Below, piece after piece: positions 29,168 through 39,010 of a DNA stretch of 64,000 nucleotides; the first letter of the stretch is position 1; every line of letters starts with the position of its first letter. The position numbers and the translations under genes are program-made. Origin of the DNA: a virus. Location of the stretch: positions 1-64,000 of the IMG/VR virus record IMGVR_UViG_3300044630_006441; one strand, 5' to 3'. The notes below the pieces were generated by a model that did no database searches, had not been told where the DNA came from, and saw only the letters and a program-made list of their open reading frames with translations.

Positions 29168-30583
29168 TTACTCGGCGTCAGTCTTACTCTCAGCTTCGTC
29201 TGCGCCAAAGAACGCAGCGATCTGAGCGGCCACCTTGTTCACACTTTGGTTGGCCACGGTCCCCGCGAGGGCCGGTTCCTCACTCGGGATCACGTTTTCA
29301 AGAACGGTGGCAACCACGGGGGCTGCTTCCGGGGGCACAGCGCCCTTTTCCATGGGGATGGTCGCCACAGGGGTCGGCTTGGGAGGAGTCGCCTCGCCAA
29401 GGCCCTTGGGGGCGGGGGTGATTTCGGCTGCGACCTTCTTCAACTCTTCCACCTGAGCCTTCAGGGTCTCGACGGTGGCGGTCAGGTCCTCGGAAGCCTT
29501 GGCCTTGCTGGCCGCTTCCTTGTAGGCGGCGAGCTTGGCCGCGAGATAGTCGTTGGTGGCAGCGACGGCGGCGTCGAACTGCTCGTCGGACAACGCCGAC
29601 AGCACAGAGGCGATGGCCGCTGCGTGGGCCTGCTCGGCTTCCAGCTTCTCGACCACCGAGGCGGTCAGGCGGGCCAGGCGTTGCTCGGCTTCGATCTTCG
29701 CCAGCTTCTCGGCGGCGGCAGCCAGTTCGGCTTCCAGTTTCTCGTTCTTGGCTTTGGCCTCAGCGGCTTCCGCCTCGATCTTTTGGACTTCTTCAGCATT
29801 CATGGTGTGAGTCTCCTCTCTGGGAAGTTCATACCCCGAAGCCTTACTGGCCCCGAGGATTACGCTTTCCGGGTTGGCGGGCTTACTAACCAGTCCCTTC
29901 CCGGAGAACACGATCCGCCGCAGGACGCGGCCAAGCTTTGATCCCTCAAACTCCCCCTTGCCTCCGTAGGCCCGAAGGTGCTTGGTCAGGAAAGCCGTCT
30001 TCTCGTTACGTTCGATGATACGCATGCCCTTGGCGGTCTTGACCGCGTAGTCGAAACCGTAGAACAGGGCTTCCATCGAAACAAACCACTTGCCCTCATC
30101 GATTTCGGCGATCAGTTTGTCCATGCGGCCCTGGAGTTCTTTCGACTCCCAGAACTTGTACAGGACGGCGTTGGTGGCAATGTGGTAGTGGTCGGGCAGC
30201 TGCTCGACGGGCGTCTCGTCGGGGATCGGCTGCATGGAGTCGTCGACAGCGACAGCCTTCGTGATATGGCCGATGATGTCGTGCTGCTCGTGCATGTAGT
30301 TGAACGGCTTGTCTTCGGGGCTGGACTTGGCGAGCCACATGTCCTGCGGGGTGAAGATGTCGTCGTTGAGGTTCCAACCGGCGGTCACCATGATGGTGCG
30401 CAGGTAGTGGAGGTCGACCTGGTCGCGGTTCTCGGCTTTGGCGAGAAGATGCGCCTGGGTGGTGCCATTCAGCTCAAACGCCGCACAGGTGTGCGCATCG
30501 GCGAGCCAAGCGACGGAAGCATTGGCCCGGATCTGCTCCTCAAGGCCATCTTCAAGTTCAGCTTTATAAACGGCGATGTTCAT
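29168..30583 (-). CDS. Prohead protease/scaffold fusion
   Basis: Protease-like N-terminus (NLNDD, KPFNYMH, VSME); Ala/Glu coiled-coil C-terminus; lies between portal and capsid. Confidence 0.65.
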   Translation of the reverse strand: MNIAVYKAELEDGLEEQIRANASVAWLADAHTCAAFELNGTTQAHLLAKAENRDQVDLHYLRTIMVTAGWNLNDDIFTPQDMWLAKSSPEDKPFNYMHEQHDIIGHITKAVAVDDSMQPIPDETPVEQLPDHYHIATNAVLYKFWESKELQGRMDKLIAEIDEGKWFVSMEALFYGFDYAVKTAKGMRIIERNEKTAFLTKHLRAYGGKGEFEGSKLGRVLRRIVFSGKGLVSKPANPESVILGASKASGYELPREETHTMNAEEVQKIEAEAAEAKAKNEKLEAELAAAAEKLAKIEAEQRLARLTASVVEKLEAEQAHAAAIASVLSALSDEQFDAAVAATNDYLAAKLAAYKEAASKAKASEDLTATVETLKAQVEELKKVAAEITPAPKGLGEATPPKPTPVATIPMEKGAVPPEAAPVVATVLENVIPSEEPALAGTVANQSVNKVAAQIAAFFGADEAESKTDAE

Positions 30584-30638
30584 GGTGAAATAAGCCTCCC
30601 TCGGTTTTTACACCGGGGAGGGCGGGGCATTGGACAAA

Positions 30639-32708
30639 TCAAAGAACTGAATAGACGGCGTAAACAGAAGCTTCTATCCGTCGACGCTCCTCAGCCGAAG
30701 GCGTGGTTCCCTTGGCCGCAATGAACTTGGCGAGGGTCTCTTTGTGGAGCGCCTGGATCGGTGCTGGCACCACCATCGGCTTGGAAAGGACTTCCTTCAA
30801 CTTCTCCTTGGTGATCTCATCGCCGACGGAGAACTGGCAGAGGGCGGCGAAGCGGAACTCTTCGAGGGCGGCGATCTCCTCGGAGGAAGCCTCCCGCAGG
30901 TTCTTCTTGCCGATCGACTTCAGGTAGGCGGGCTGGGTCAGTTCGGAGACCTGCTTGTGCGCCGAGTCTGCCCAGACAAAAGCTGCGGCGTACTCCGCCT
31001 GTGCGGGCTTCTCCGGCTTGACTTCCCGGCGCTGGCGGGGCTGGGTGTCGTTCGATCCCGGGGGGCGACCCTGTCCTGGCTGGCCCTTTGGCTCGTCGCC
31101 GCCAAATGGCTGACCCTTCGGTGCGGGTGGTGCTCCGGTCGCCTCGATGCCAAAGTCCTCGGGGGTCATCTGGCCGTTCTGGGCGAAGATCTTCTTGACC
31201 GCCTCCTTGGTGTCCGTCGTGAACGGGCCGACCTTGGGGGTGAGATTGCCGTTGTCGCGCATGCGGGCCTCACGGCGGGTGCGGACGCGCTCGATCTCGG
31301 GGATCAGGCCGAAGCGTTCCTGGAGTGCCTCGTCGGAGATCAGCCCGCGGTCTGCCAGATCGATCAACAGGCGCTGCTGCGCAGCCTCGTCGGTCAGGGT
31401 CTGCTGGTCGAAGACGACCTGGGCGGGGAGCCGGAAGCCCATCGCCTGCTGCACGAGGCGAATCTCGTTCGACCAGAATTTGATCAGGATGTCCCGACCG
31501 TATTGCAGCCGCTCGACCAGCGTTTGCAGGCTGATGAAGTTGTTGCCGAAGCCGCCGGGGGAAGGCAGACCAGTCAGCCCGGGCGGGATGCCCAGACCGG
31601 CGTAGATGTTGTTCAGGATCGGGCGGTATTTTTCCTCACCCAGGAACTTGGAGATGTCCGTCGAGGTCTCCTGGAGTTCCAGCTCGGGACCCCAGATCAG
31701 GTCGATCGAACCGCCGCCGACATTGTTCATCAGCATGTCGGCCAGACGGGCGATGGCCGCTTCGGTGGGCAGGATGCGGTGTTCCAGGCTGCCCAGCTTC
31801 CAGAGCCGGATGTAGCTGACGGCACCGTCCAGAGCGGCAAGATCAGCCAGCTTCATCTTGCGCAGCATGATCAGGTCTTCAAGGATGGCGTAGGTCATGG
31901 GGCGTGCCCAGACCTGCCAGTCATCACGCTTGTAGTAGATGGCGACGGTTTTTTCCGGGGGGAGGGGGATCATCTTCCCGCCCTGCCTGGCCAGGTTCAG
32001 CACCTCGCGGGGCAGCTTCGTCATCATCTGCTTTTCGATGGTGGCTTCGGGCTTCTTGATCTTCTTGCTGACAATTTCGGAAACGCGCACGCCGTACCGG
32101 AAATACTTCGTGCCCAAGAACGGAGCCAGTTCCTGCCCGAACACGTCGACGGAAAGTGGGTTGAAGATCGTGTATTCCCACGGGATTTCCATGGGGTCGG
32201 GTGCTTTGGCGATGTCGGGCCGGACATCCGCAGCCTTGCCACGCTGGAGGGCGGCGGCATCCTCGTCAGCGAGGCGGGCGGTCGAACGCTTGACCACGAC
32301 ATTCCCGGCGCGGTAGAGCATGTTCAACAGCCGTTCGGTGCGCTCCTTGCCGTTGACTTTCGAGAACCATTCCTTGAAGAACTTCTCAATGCGGGGGTTT
32401 GGGTGGACTAGGTCGATGCCCTGGCAGGCAAATTCGGCCATCATGTCGATGATGTTGCGCACAATGCCGATGCGGTCGTAGGCCTGCATGCAGGCGCCGA
32501 TGATGTCGACATCCTTGGTGGGAATCTGTTCGCCGGGGCGGAAGAAGTCGTAATCGCGCCGATCAAAGCCTTCCCGCACCGACACATTGGGCTGGCTGAT
32601 ATTGCGGAACGTGTTGCCAGCAGTGGTCTTATGCTGGATCACCTCGCCGTCACGGTAGGCCTGATCGGCCTGGTCAGCGGTGACGAAAAGGGGCTTCTTG
32701 TCGCTCAT
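30639..32708 (-). CDS. Portal protein
   Basis: 689 aa directly after terminase; mostly helical with a Pro/Gly-rich C-terminal segment. Confidence 0.75.
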   Translation of the reverse strand: MSDKKPLFVTADQADQAYRDGEVIQHKTTAGNTFRNISQPNVSVREGFDRRDYDFFRPGEQIPTKDVDIIGACMQAYDRIGIVRNIIDMMAEFACQGIDLVHPNPRIEKFFKEWFSKVNGKERTERLLNMLYRAGNVVVKRSTARLADEDAAALQRGKAADVRPDIAKAPDPMEIPWEYTIFNPLSVDVFGQELAPFLGTKYFRYGVRVSEIVSKKIKKPEATIEKQMMTKLPREVLNLARQGGKMIPLPPEKTVAIYYKRDDWQVWARPMTYAILEDLIMLRKMKLADLAALDGAVSYIRLWKLGSLEHRILPTEAAIARLADMLMNNVGGGSIDLIWGPELELQETSTDISKFLGEEKYRPILNNIYAGLGIPPGLTGLPSPGGFGNNFISLQTLVERLQYGRDILIKFWSNEIRLVQQAMGFRLPAQVVFDQQTLTDEAAQQRLLIDLADRGLISDEALQERFGLIPEIERVRTRREARMRDNGNLTPKVGPFTTDTKEAVKKIFAQNGQMTPEDFGIEATGAPPAPKGQPFGGDEPKGQPGQGRPPGSNDTQPRQRREVKPEKPAQAEYAAAFVWADSAHKQVSELTQPAYLKSIGKKNLREASSEEIAALEEFRFAALCQFSVGDEITKEKLKEVLSKPMVVPAPIQALHKETLAKFIAAKGTTPSAEERRRIEASVYAVYSVL

Positions 32709-32722
32709 TTGGATTGTATTCC

Positions 32723-34879
32723 CTATGCAGTTGGGTCTGCTAGTTCTACACCGTCCCTACCCACCGCTGCGCCGTACTCTCCCCGTGTCGCCTCGACAAA
32801 CCAGGAGGGTCCGATGTAGAGATCGCCGTCGGCATCCTTGATCTCCGAAGCGAAACCGCCCACCGGGTGGTACTCCTGGGGGGCATCGGTGCGCTGGATG
32901 GTGCGAGCGATGGAGTTGGCCATCAGTAGGGCCGAGTAACGGTCCTTGCGCTGCTTGCCCACCTTGGAGCCTGGCAGTTTGGCACCGGGCACATCCCACC
33001 GGTCCCTGCCGCCCGAAGTGGCGGTGTGGACGATGCTCGCCAGTTCGTCCTTCAGTTCCTCGATGTCCACGACCGCATCTTCCAGCGTGTCGTATAGCGA
33101 GATCTCATCCCCGTCCTCCAGCACGATACGGCCCGCCGCCTTGTCTTCCTCGTAGGCGAGGCCCAGCGCAGCGGTGTCGAAGGCGGGGAGCAGCAAGACC
33201 TTGTCTTCCAGGTCCTTGCGGAGACCGTGGTTGGCATCGACGATCCATTTGCCGTCGGCGAAATTGATCATGCGGATGATGTGCAGGCCCGGTTTGTTGT
33301 CGCTGTCCTTGTGCTTTTTGGGGTCGGGATCGATTTCCCGCCAGAGGGGCATCTCCCCCTCCTTCAGCTTCTCCAGATCGTGCAGCGATTCCTCGACCGT
33401 CACGCCACCACCCTGCGAGTCAATCCCCAAAACTTCCACGTTCGGGAAGGCAAGCATCAGCTCGCGCAGTTTCCGGGCGCAGAAGGCGTAGAAGTTCTGT
33501 TCTTTCACCACCCCGCGCTTGAGGCGCTCCTTGTGACTCTTCCGGTTGGTCGTCCAACAATGGACAAGGCGTCGGTGATCGGGATAGAGTGCAAGGACGA
33601 CGACGGAGAAATGGTCTCTTTCTGAGGCCGGGTCGACTGCGATCACATGGGGGACATCATCACCCATCAAGGAAGCGGAGAACTCGATGGTCTCCTCGTT
33701 GAGGACGATCGGGCTGTCCGGACGCCCCACCACACACGACTCGATCAGGCTGCGCTTGAAGAATCCCTCGGAGTCGGTGGCGAATGAGGCCCCGAACTCG
33801 ATCATGTAGTTGCTCTTGGAGAGGGTGGCCCGGGCGGAAGAGATCTGCTTCTCGTCCATGAAGCCCCTGGGCAGCATGTCCACGGGGATGCGGATGATCG
33901 AGAAGTCCCTCCAGTCGAAGCCTTCGGGCACGGGGCCGTCGAAGATCTCCTCCAGCTTCTTCTTGTCGCCGCAGCTTTCGATGAACGCCTTGTAGGTCTT
34001 CCAGGTCTTGTAGAAGTGGTTGAACGAGTAGTAGGCGGTCCCGGAGATGATGTTCTGGTTGGAACGCATCACCCGGGCCTCGGCCCGATTGTCCTCGTCG
34101 GTCCACTGTCCCAGTTTCTTCAACAGTTGAACCCTGGCCTGATGCCGCACACCGGAGGCCGGATCGGCACTCACCGACGCAAAACCACGGACCACATTCT
34201 GGTAAATGTCCTCGGGGACTGACGCAAACTCGTCCACCACAATGTAATTCGCACGCTGACCGCGAATTTTCTCGCCGTTGCCCAACGGGATAGCGATACC
34301 AACCGAATCGCCGATGATCATCTCGCAGCGGTCGACATCCCGTCTCGGCCCCTGCTCACGACCCGCCCGCCCCTTGCCGGTACCGCACAGGTCCCTCAGG
34401 ATTGCCCCGTCCGCCCAGACTTTCTCCATGTACTCGAAGATCACCTTCGACTGCCGGAACGATGCGCCGATGACGGCCACCTTCGATCCCTGCGTGAAGA
34501 CCAGGCGCAGCATCGAGTACAAAGCCAGGATGAAGGACTTTCCAAGTCCACGCGAGCCAATAAGCATGGGAAACGGTCGCGTCCAAAGCTCCCGCAGAAT
34601 CACATGCTGGAAGGGCATGATGTCGATGCCCATCAGCAACTTGCAGGTGAACGGGAAATAGTTCGGGTCCCGCATGATCCGGATCAGGTCTTCCGGCTGG
34701 ATCTCCCGGTGCCCGATACTGCGCAGCGGGTGCGCAGCGTCGACAGGAAGAGAGATCAGGCCCTCCAACTGGTCCACCGGGGTAGTGGGGGTGACATGCG
34801 CGATGTCACTCTCGGACAGGAGCCAGGCGTGCTCAATCAGCCTCTTGATCCGGTCCTGTTCCTTGGGGTGACTTGGCAT
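32723..34879 (-). CDS. terL: Terminase large subunit
   Basis: Walker A GSRGLGKS, Walker B YIVVDE, nuclease motifs IAVDPA and KDRYSA. Confidence 0.9.
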   Translation of the reverse strand: MPSHPKEQDRIKRLIEHAWLLSESDIAHVTPTTPVDQLEGLISLPVDAAHPLRSIGHREIQPEDLIRIMRDPNYFPFTCKLLMGIDIMPFQHVILRELWTRPFPMLIGSRGLGKSFILALYSMLRLVFTQGSKVAVIGASFRQSKVIFEYMEKVWADGAILRDLCGTGKGRAGREQGPRRDVDRCEMIIGDSVGIAIPLGNGEKIRGQRANYIVVDEFASVPEDIYQNVVRGFASVSADPASGVRHQARVQLLKKLGQWTDEDNRAEARVMRSNQNIISGTAYYSFNHFYKTWKTYKAFIESCGDKKKLEEIFDGPVPEGFDWRDFSIIRIPVDMLPRGFMDEKQISSARATLSKSNYMIEFGASFATDSEGFFKRSLIESCVVGRPDSPIVLNEETIEFSASLMGDDVPHVIAVDPASERDHFSVVVLALYPDHRRLVHCWTTNRKSHKERLKRGVVKEQNFYAFCARKLRELMLAFPNVEVLGIDSQGGGVTVEESLHDLEKLKEGEMPLWREIDPDPKKHKDSDNKPGLHIIRMINFADGKWIVDANHGLRKDLEDKVLLLPAFDTAALGLAYEEDKAAGRIVLEDGDEISLYDTLEDAVVDIEELKDELASIVHTATSGGRDRWDVPGAKLPGSKVGKQRKDRYSALLMANSIARTIQRTDAPQEYHPVGGFASEIKDADGDLYIGPSWFVEATRGEYGAAVGRDGVELADPTA

Positions 34880-35333
34880 CGAGTACTCTCCGGAAGATAT
34901 GGTGGGCGACATCCATCCCGTGGCGTCCGGCGAGGATGATCTTCACGGGGTAGTTGATTTGGAATTCCATGAGGCGGCGCAGGATGAAGGGGCCGCGGAC
35001 GCGGACGAAGGGGATCTTCGACTTGGGCAGGCCGGAGCCGTAGGGGAACCGCATGATGTCGTCGAGCGTGAACTCCAGCACGATGAAGGCGAACTCATAC
35101 TCCCGCATCCGCTCCAGTTCCCGCACGAACCGGTCCTGCGTGATGTTGGCGGCGAACTCGGCGACCGATCCCTTGCGCTCAATCGTGAGGATATTCTCAT
35201 ACCCCCTCAGCGTGTAGTCGCCCGTCTTCAGCGTGCCGATGTCCATCCCGGCGCACGACTTGCCAGCCCCGAAGGTCCAGCCGTCCTGCTCCCGCGTGTC
35301 CTTGATAACTGTAAAACGCTCGTCTTTTTTCAT
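34833..35333 (-). CDS. ERCC4/XPF-family nuclease domain protein
   Basis: DTREQ...LKTGDY...IERK motifs. Confidence 0.8.
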   Translation of the reverse strand: MKKDERFTVIKDTREQDGWTFGAGKSCAGMDIGTLKTGDYTLRGYENILTIERKGSVAEFAANITQDRFVRELERMREYEFAFIVLEFTLDDIMRFPYGSGLPKSKIPFVRVRGPFILRRLMEFQINYPVKIILAGRHGMDVAHHIFRRVLDAKSPQGTGPDQEAD

Positions 35334-35366
35334 AGTTCCACCAGCCTTCTATGGGTAATACACCCG

Positions 35367-36206
35367 TTAGTCGTCGCTCAGAATCGTCTCGGCGTTGAGT
35401 ACCGGAAGATCCTCTGCCCCATCCTCGAAGGTGTGTGCGGAACCCAGTCGCTTGTTCTCCCTGTCTGCTGCGTTGCGCAGCAGCTCCATGTGCCGTCCAG
35501 CGAACTCCCTTTCGTCTTCATTTTGGAGCCGTTTAATCGTTCCCAAGAACGTCTCCCGTGAGGACTCCACGCGTGACACACGCTGATCCCTGGTCGCTTT
35601 GAGATCCTTGAGCAGCGCCTGGTGCTTCTCTTCGAGCTTGATGAACTCGGTCGAGCGGGCGGCTTCGGCGGACTTGCAGGCCTGGATCTGCGTCTCGATG
35701 CCCATGACATAGTCGCGGTCGGACTCGTCCATCATGGCGGGGTCATCGTAGCGGCGCAGGAAGTTGTCGCGCAGCTTGGACAGTCTCGCGATATCCTGGT
35801 TGGCATTCTTCTTCGCCTTGCTGTTGCGGTGCATCATGATCTCCAGCTTGATGACCAGGAAGATCTGGGTCTCCTCGGTCACGAGGACGTCCTCGCGGAA
35901 CTGGGTCATGTACTGGGCGTACTTCTCCTCGAAGTAGAGCAGTTCATCCTCGTCGAGTTCGTCCTTGAGCTGCTTCCAGGCCATGGTCTGGCGCAGCTTG
36001 TGGCGGGCCTCCAGCAGGCTTTGCTGGGTTTCCGTCTCGGGGCGGATGGCGGCGTCGACAGGTAGAAGGCTATGTTCGGTCAGGTAGTTCAGGACCTGCT
36101 TCTCGGAACGGTTCAGGCGTTCGGCGATCTGGATGGCGTTCATCTTGGTGGAGTTGGCGCGGATGAAGCCCTTCTCGGCGTTGGATAGCTGGCCTTTCTT
36201 GATCAC
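35367..36206 (-). CDS. Probable terminase small subunit / HTH plus coiled-coil protein
   Basis: N-terminal HTH-like IAERLNRSEKQV; coiled coil; upstream of terL. Confidence 0.5.
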   Translation of the reverse strand: MIKKGQLSNAEKGFIRANSTKMNAIQIAERLNRSEKQVLNYLTEHSLLPVDAAIRPETETQQSLLEARHKLRQTMAWKQLKDELDEDELLYFEEKYAQYMTQFREDVLVTEETQIFLVIKLEIMMHRNSKAKKNANQDIARLSKLRDNFLRRYDDPAMMDESDRDYVMGIETQIQACKSAEAARSTEFIKLEEKHQALLKDLKATRDQRVSRVESSRETFLGTIKRLQNEDEREFAGRHMELLRNAADRENKRLGSAHTFEDGAEDLPVLNAETILSDD

Positions 36207-36763
36207 GACAGGATCTCCCGGATGCACTTCAGAACCATTTCCCTCTTGGCTTTGGGGACGGATTCGCCGCACTTCATGCGGAGGTAGGCCGACCGGATCT
36301 CGGCGGGGAGGAACATGTCGATCTTGGCGATGATCTCGTCCTTGTTCAGCGACTCGGTGAGGTCCTCGCAGATGGCATCGACATCGTCGCGGTCACCGAG
36401 ATCGACGGGGCGCATCAAACTCTGCTTCGCGGAGTTGCGCTTCTTCCAGGCGATGAACTTGGCGCAGTGGTTACCGTCCTCATGACGGCCACCGGCCGAG
36501 CACAGCTGGCACGGCGGGTCGTTCCGGTGGAATCGGTCCCGCTTGAAATTGATCAGCCGGTTTTTGATGTGTGTGTAGAGGAAGTTGGCGAGCGGGCGAG
36601 AGCTGTCGTAGCGGACCACGGCTTCCATGGCGAAGATGAAAGCCTCTTGGCGGATGTCGTCGGAGTCGAAATATCCGAAGGAGAAGGATTTGGCTAAGAC
36701 GTCGCAGGCTTTGTTGACAGCTTCAAGGAACTCTTCTTCGTTAATACCTTCAGGCAGGGCCAC
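36203..36763 (-). CDS. Sigma-70-family factor-like protein (candidate late sigma)
   Basis: Region-2-like DDIRQEAFIFAMEAVVRYDSSRPLANFLYTHIKNRLINFKR; Cys/His insert. Confidence 0.7.
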   Translation of the reverse strand: MALPEGINEEEFLEAVNKACDVLAKSFSFGYFDSDDIRQEAFIFAMEAVVRYDSSRPLANFLYTHIKNRLINFKRDRFHRNDPPCQLCSAGGRHEDGNHCAKFIAWKKRNSAKQSLMRPVDLGDRDDVDAICEDLTESLNKDEIIAKIDMFLPAEIRSAYLRMKCGESVPKAKREMVLKCIREILS

Positions 36764-36941
36764 GAGGCGACTCCTCGGTGGACTCATCATCTTCCTGCAA
36801 AAGCTTGGCGACGACGTGAGAAGGTGGGTCAGGCAACTTCAGTTCAGCCTTGACGGTCTCGGCTAGCTCTTCGCCTGGCCTGCTCTTGACTGTCGACGCT
36901 ATATCCTGCGGAGCAGGTTCTTTAAAGTGATCGTTGTTCAT
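36750..36941 (-). CDS. Hypothetical protein
   Basis: First ORF of the leftward arm; overlaps the sigma gene start. Confidence 0.4.
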   Translation of the reverse strand: MNNDHFKEPAPQDIASTVKSRPGEELAETVKAELKLPDPPSHVVAKLLQEDDESTEESPRGPA

Positions 36942-37006
36942 TGCAAAACTCGTAAAATGTTATGAACAGTCGTCTACAAAGTAGTAACCAATAAGGACAT
37001 ACCCCC

Positions 37007-37246
37007 ATGATCCAATGGACCGAGCGCATGTACCAGTTCCTTCGGAACAACTTTCAGAGGATGGAAGACAAAGATATCGCGGCGTTCTTGACGAAGGTAT
37101 ACGGAGTCAAGTTCAACGTGCGGATGATTGAGCACGCCAGGGCGAGGCTGGGTCTGATCAAGTACCGCTTGCGCGAGGAGCAGGTGAAGCCTGTGCCGAG
37201 TGAGATAGTTGAGGCGTGGGAGAAAGCAAAGGAAGAGGGCGACTAG
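37007..37246 (+). CDS. Small helical, possibly DNA-binding protein
   Basis: WTERMYQFLR...IAAFL...RARLGL; AAGGA RBS. Confidence 0.5.
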   Translation: MIQWTERMYQFLRNNFQRMEDKDIAAFLTKVYGVKFNVRMIEHARARLGLIKYRLREEQVKPVPSEIVEAWEKAKEEGD

Positions 37247-37444
37247 GGTGGCGCGGGTGAGACATTAGGGGTTTGGGGGCTTGTCGCGTATAGACCCCCC
37301 GCGCCCGGGCACCCCTCGGATATATCGATATATCAAAAGATAAAAACCCTATCTCGAGATAGCAGGATTTTCGCCCCCACCGCTCCACCACCGGGAAGGA
37401 GCGAACCACCCCCAAACAGGGGGGGCACCTGAGATATTTTCAGA

Positions 37445-37474
37445 TTGACATTTCCAACCGGAAAGCCGATAAAT
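37445..37474 (+). promoter_or_regulatory. Host sigma-70-type promoter candidate
   Basis: TTGACA, 17-18 bp, GATAAAT; the 13-mer TTGACATTTCCAA recurs at 57220. Confidence 0.5.
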
Positions 37475-37514
37475 ACATCACCGGCCCCGAGGTGGGCGCC
37501 GGAGATTGTAGCCC

Positions 37515-38921
37515 TTGGAGTTTCGACCGATGCGACAGACCGAGCTTTTTACCAGCTTCCGCACCACTTCCGCCCCCATGCCCCAAATAGCGGCGAGGGT
37601 AGCCCAAGGCGAGCTGTTCCCGGAGTTTGCCGGATCCTATGCCCGGAGCATTCCCCGCACCGAGGCCGCAACCGTGGCCGCCGCCATCGTGACCGCCGCC
37701 CAACTGCCCCCACCAGCTGACCCCACCCCCAAGGTGAGAGCGGAGCGGAGGGGGAAGACAGAGAAGATGGCCCGCAAGGTGGCCCGCATGGCCAAGCAGG
37801 CCGCACGCCGGGAGAATCTGCGCCGCAAGGCGATCAACCGGCGAGAAGAGGCGGAGGTGAGGCGAGCGGCTGACCCGTGGGCACACCTGCCCGCCCACCC
37901 CATCGACCGGAACAAGGACCCGGAGAGGGTAGCCGTCAACGCCTACCGAGAAGCCTATCGGCTTGCCAAGGAGGCCAGCACCGCCCCCACCCCGGAGCAT
38001 GCCGCCCGACTGATCGAGCAGGCCCGAGCACACTTCGCCATCGTGGTGGAGGTCACCATACCCGAGACCCGGTTTTCCGCCCGTACTGGTTCACTTGTCC
38101 GGCGTGCCTTGGGCATCTCAAATCCTAGCGCAAACTTGCTCAAATATAGCACCGGCAAGACAGCGGCCGAGCATTTTAGCGCACCCCGGGAGGAAAGGGA
38201 CCTAGGCCGAGGGGTTTACATCGCCGCCCACGCCCGTGGGAATCGTCAGGATGGCGACGCCTACGCCGCAGCGGAGGCCGCATCCGGCCGGGCATGGGTC
38301 AAGATGTTGGAGTACATCAACAACGGCGAGGAGCTGCCCCACTGTCGGCAGGTGGTGGAGAATCCGGAATGCCGGGATCGTAACATGGCCGCATTTATGG
38401 CCGGACTCGCCGCCCGCATCTACCGGGAGGAAGTGTACGGCCGACACCGCGCAAACTGCCGCCGATACAAGAGCGGCAAACCCGTGGCCTTGGGCGAACA
38501 CGACCCCGTCGATTACAGGCAGGATATCGGCAAATACACGGCCGAAAGCGACACCCGCCTTAAGCTTGTCCGGGAACTGGCCCACGCCATGAGTCTGGAA
38601 GAGATGGAGCCTCAGGCCGACCTTGACCCCCTGCGCCGGGTTTACGGATTCGCTGCCCGGTTTGGCGGTAGCCGCGCAGGCCGACCCCGTAAAGGTGAAA
38701 CGGTGACCGAGACCCCATTTCACGAGATCATGGGCAGCAGCAGGGCGAACGGCTCCCGCATCACCGATGCCATGTTGTGGCGGATCATGGGCCACATCCG
38801 GGCCAACCTTGCCGACGACATGGATCTAGACATTATCGGCGAACGGCTCGAGCTGGTCCGGATCATGTACCGGTTCTGCACCTTGCTGAACCTGACCTAC
38901 CGCATCAAGAACAGGGCATGA
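37515..38921 (+). CDS. 468-aa protein, possible highly divergent sigma-70-like factor with N-terminal extension
   Basis: Weak region-2-like (AAEAASGRAWVKMLEY...AAFMAGLAARIYREE) and region-4-like (RFG...TPFHEIMGSSRANGSRITDAMLWRI) segments; start uncertain. Confidence 0.4.
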   Translation: MEFRPMRQTELFTSFRTTSAPMPQIAARVAQGELFPEFAGSYARSIPRTEAATVAAAIVTAAQLPPPADPTPKVRAERRGKTEKMARKVARMAKQAARRENLRRKAINRREEAEVRRAADPWAHLPAHPIDRNKDPERVAVNAYREAYRLAKEASTAPTPEHAARLIEQARAHFAIVVEVTIPETRFSARTGSLVRRALGISNPSANLLKYSTGKTAAEHFSAPREERDLGRGVYIAAHARGNRQDGDAYAAAEAASGRAWVKMLEYINNGEELPHCRQVVENPECRDRNMAAFMAGLAARIYREEVYGRHRANCRRYKSGKPVALGEHDPVDYRQDIGKYTAESDTRLKLVRELAHAMSLEEMEPQADLDPLRRVYGFAARFGGSRAGRPRKGETVTETPFHEIMGSSRANGSRITDAMLWRIMGHIRANLADDMDLDIIGERLELVRIMYRFCTLLNLTYRIKNRA

Positions 38922-38973
38922 CCCCGGAGGGGAAGGGGGGGGACCGCCCCCCCGACAACCTAACCACCACCCA

Positions 38974-39010
38974 GCCCGGGAGGCCGAAAGGCACCCCGGG
39001 CTTTTTCGTT
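38974..39010 (+). terminator. Intrinsic terminator
   Basis: GCCCGGG...GAAA loop...CCCGGGC then TTTTTCGTT. Confidence 0.7.

Noticed and set aside
84-36900. Long + strand ORFs such as 2666-4375, 27611-28678 and 30744-32411
   Set aside because: These are antisense shadows of GC3-rich minus-strand genes, with no recognisable motifs.
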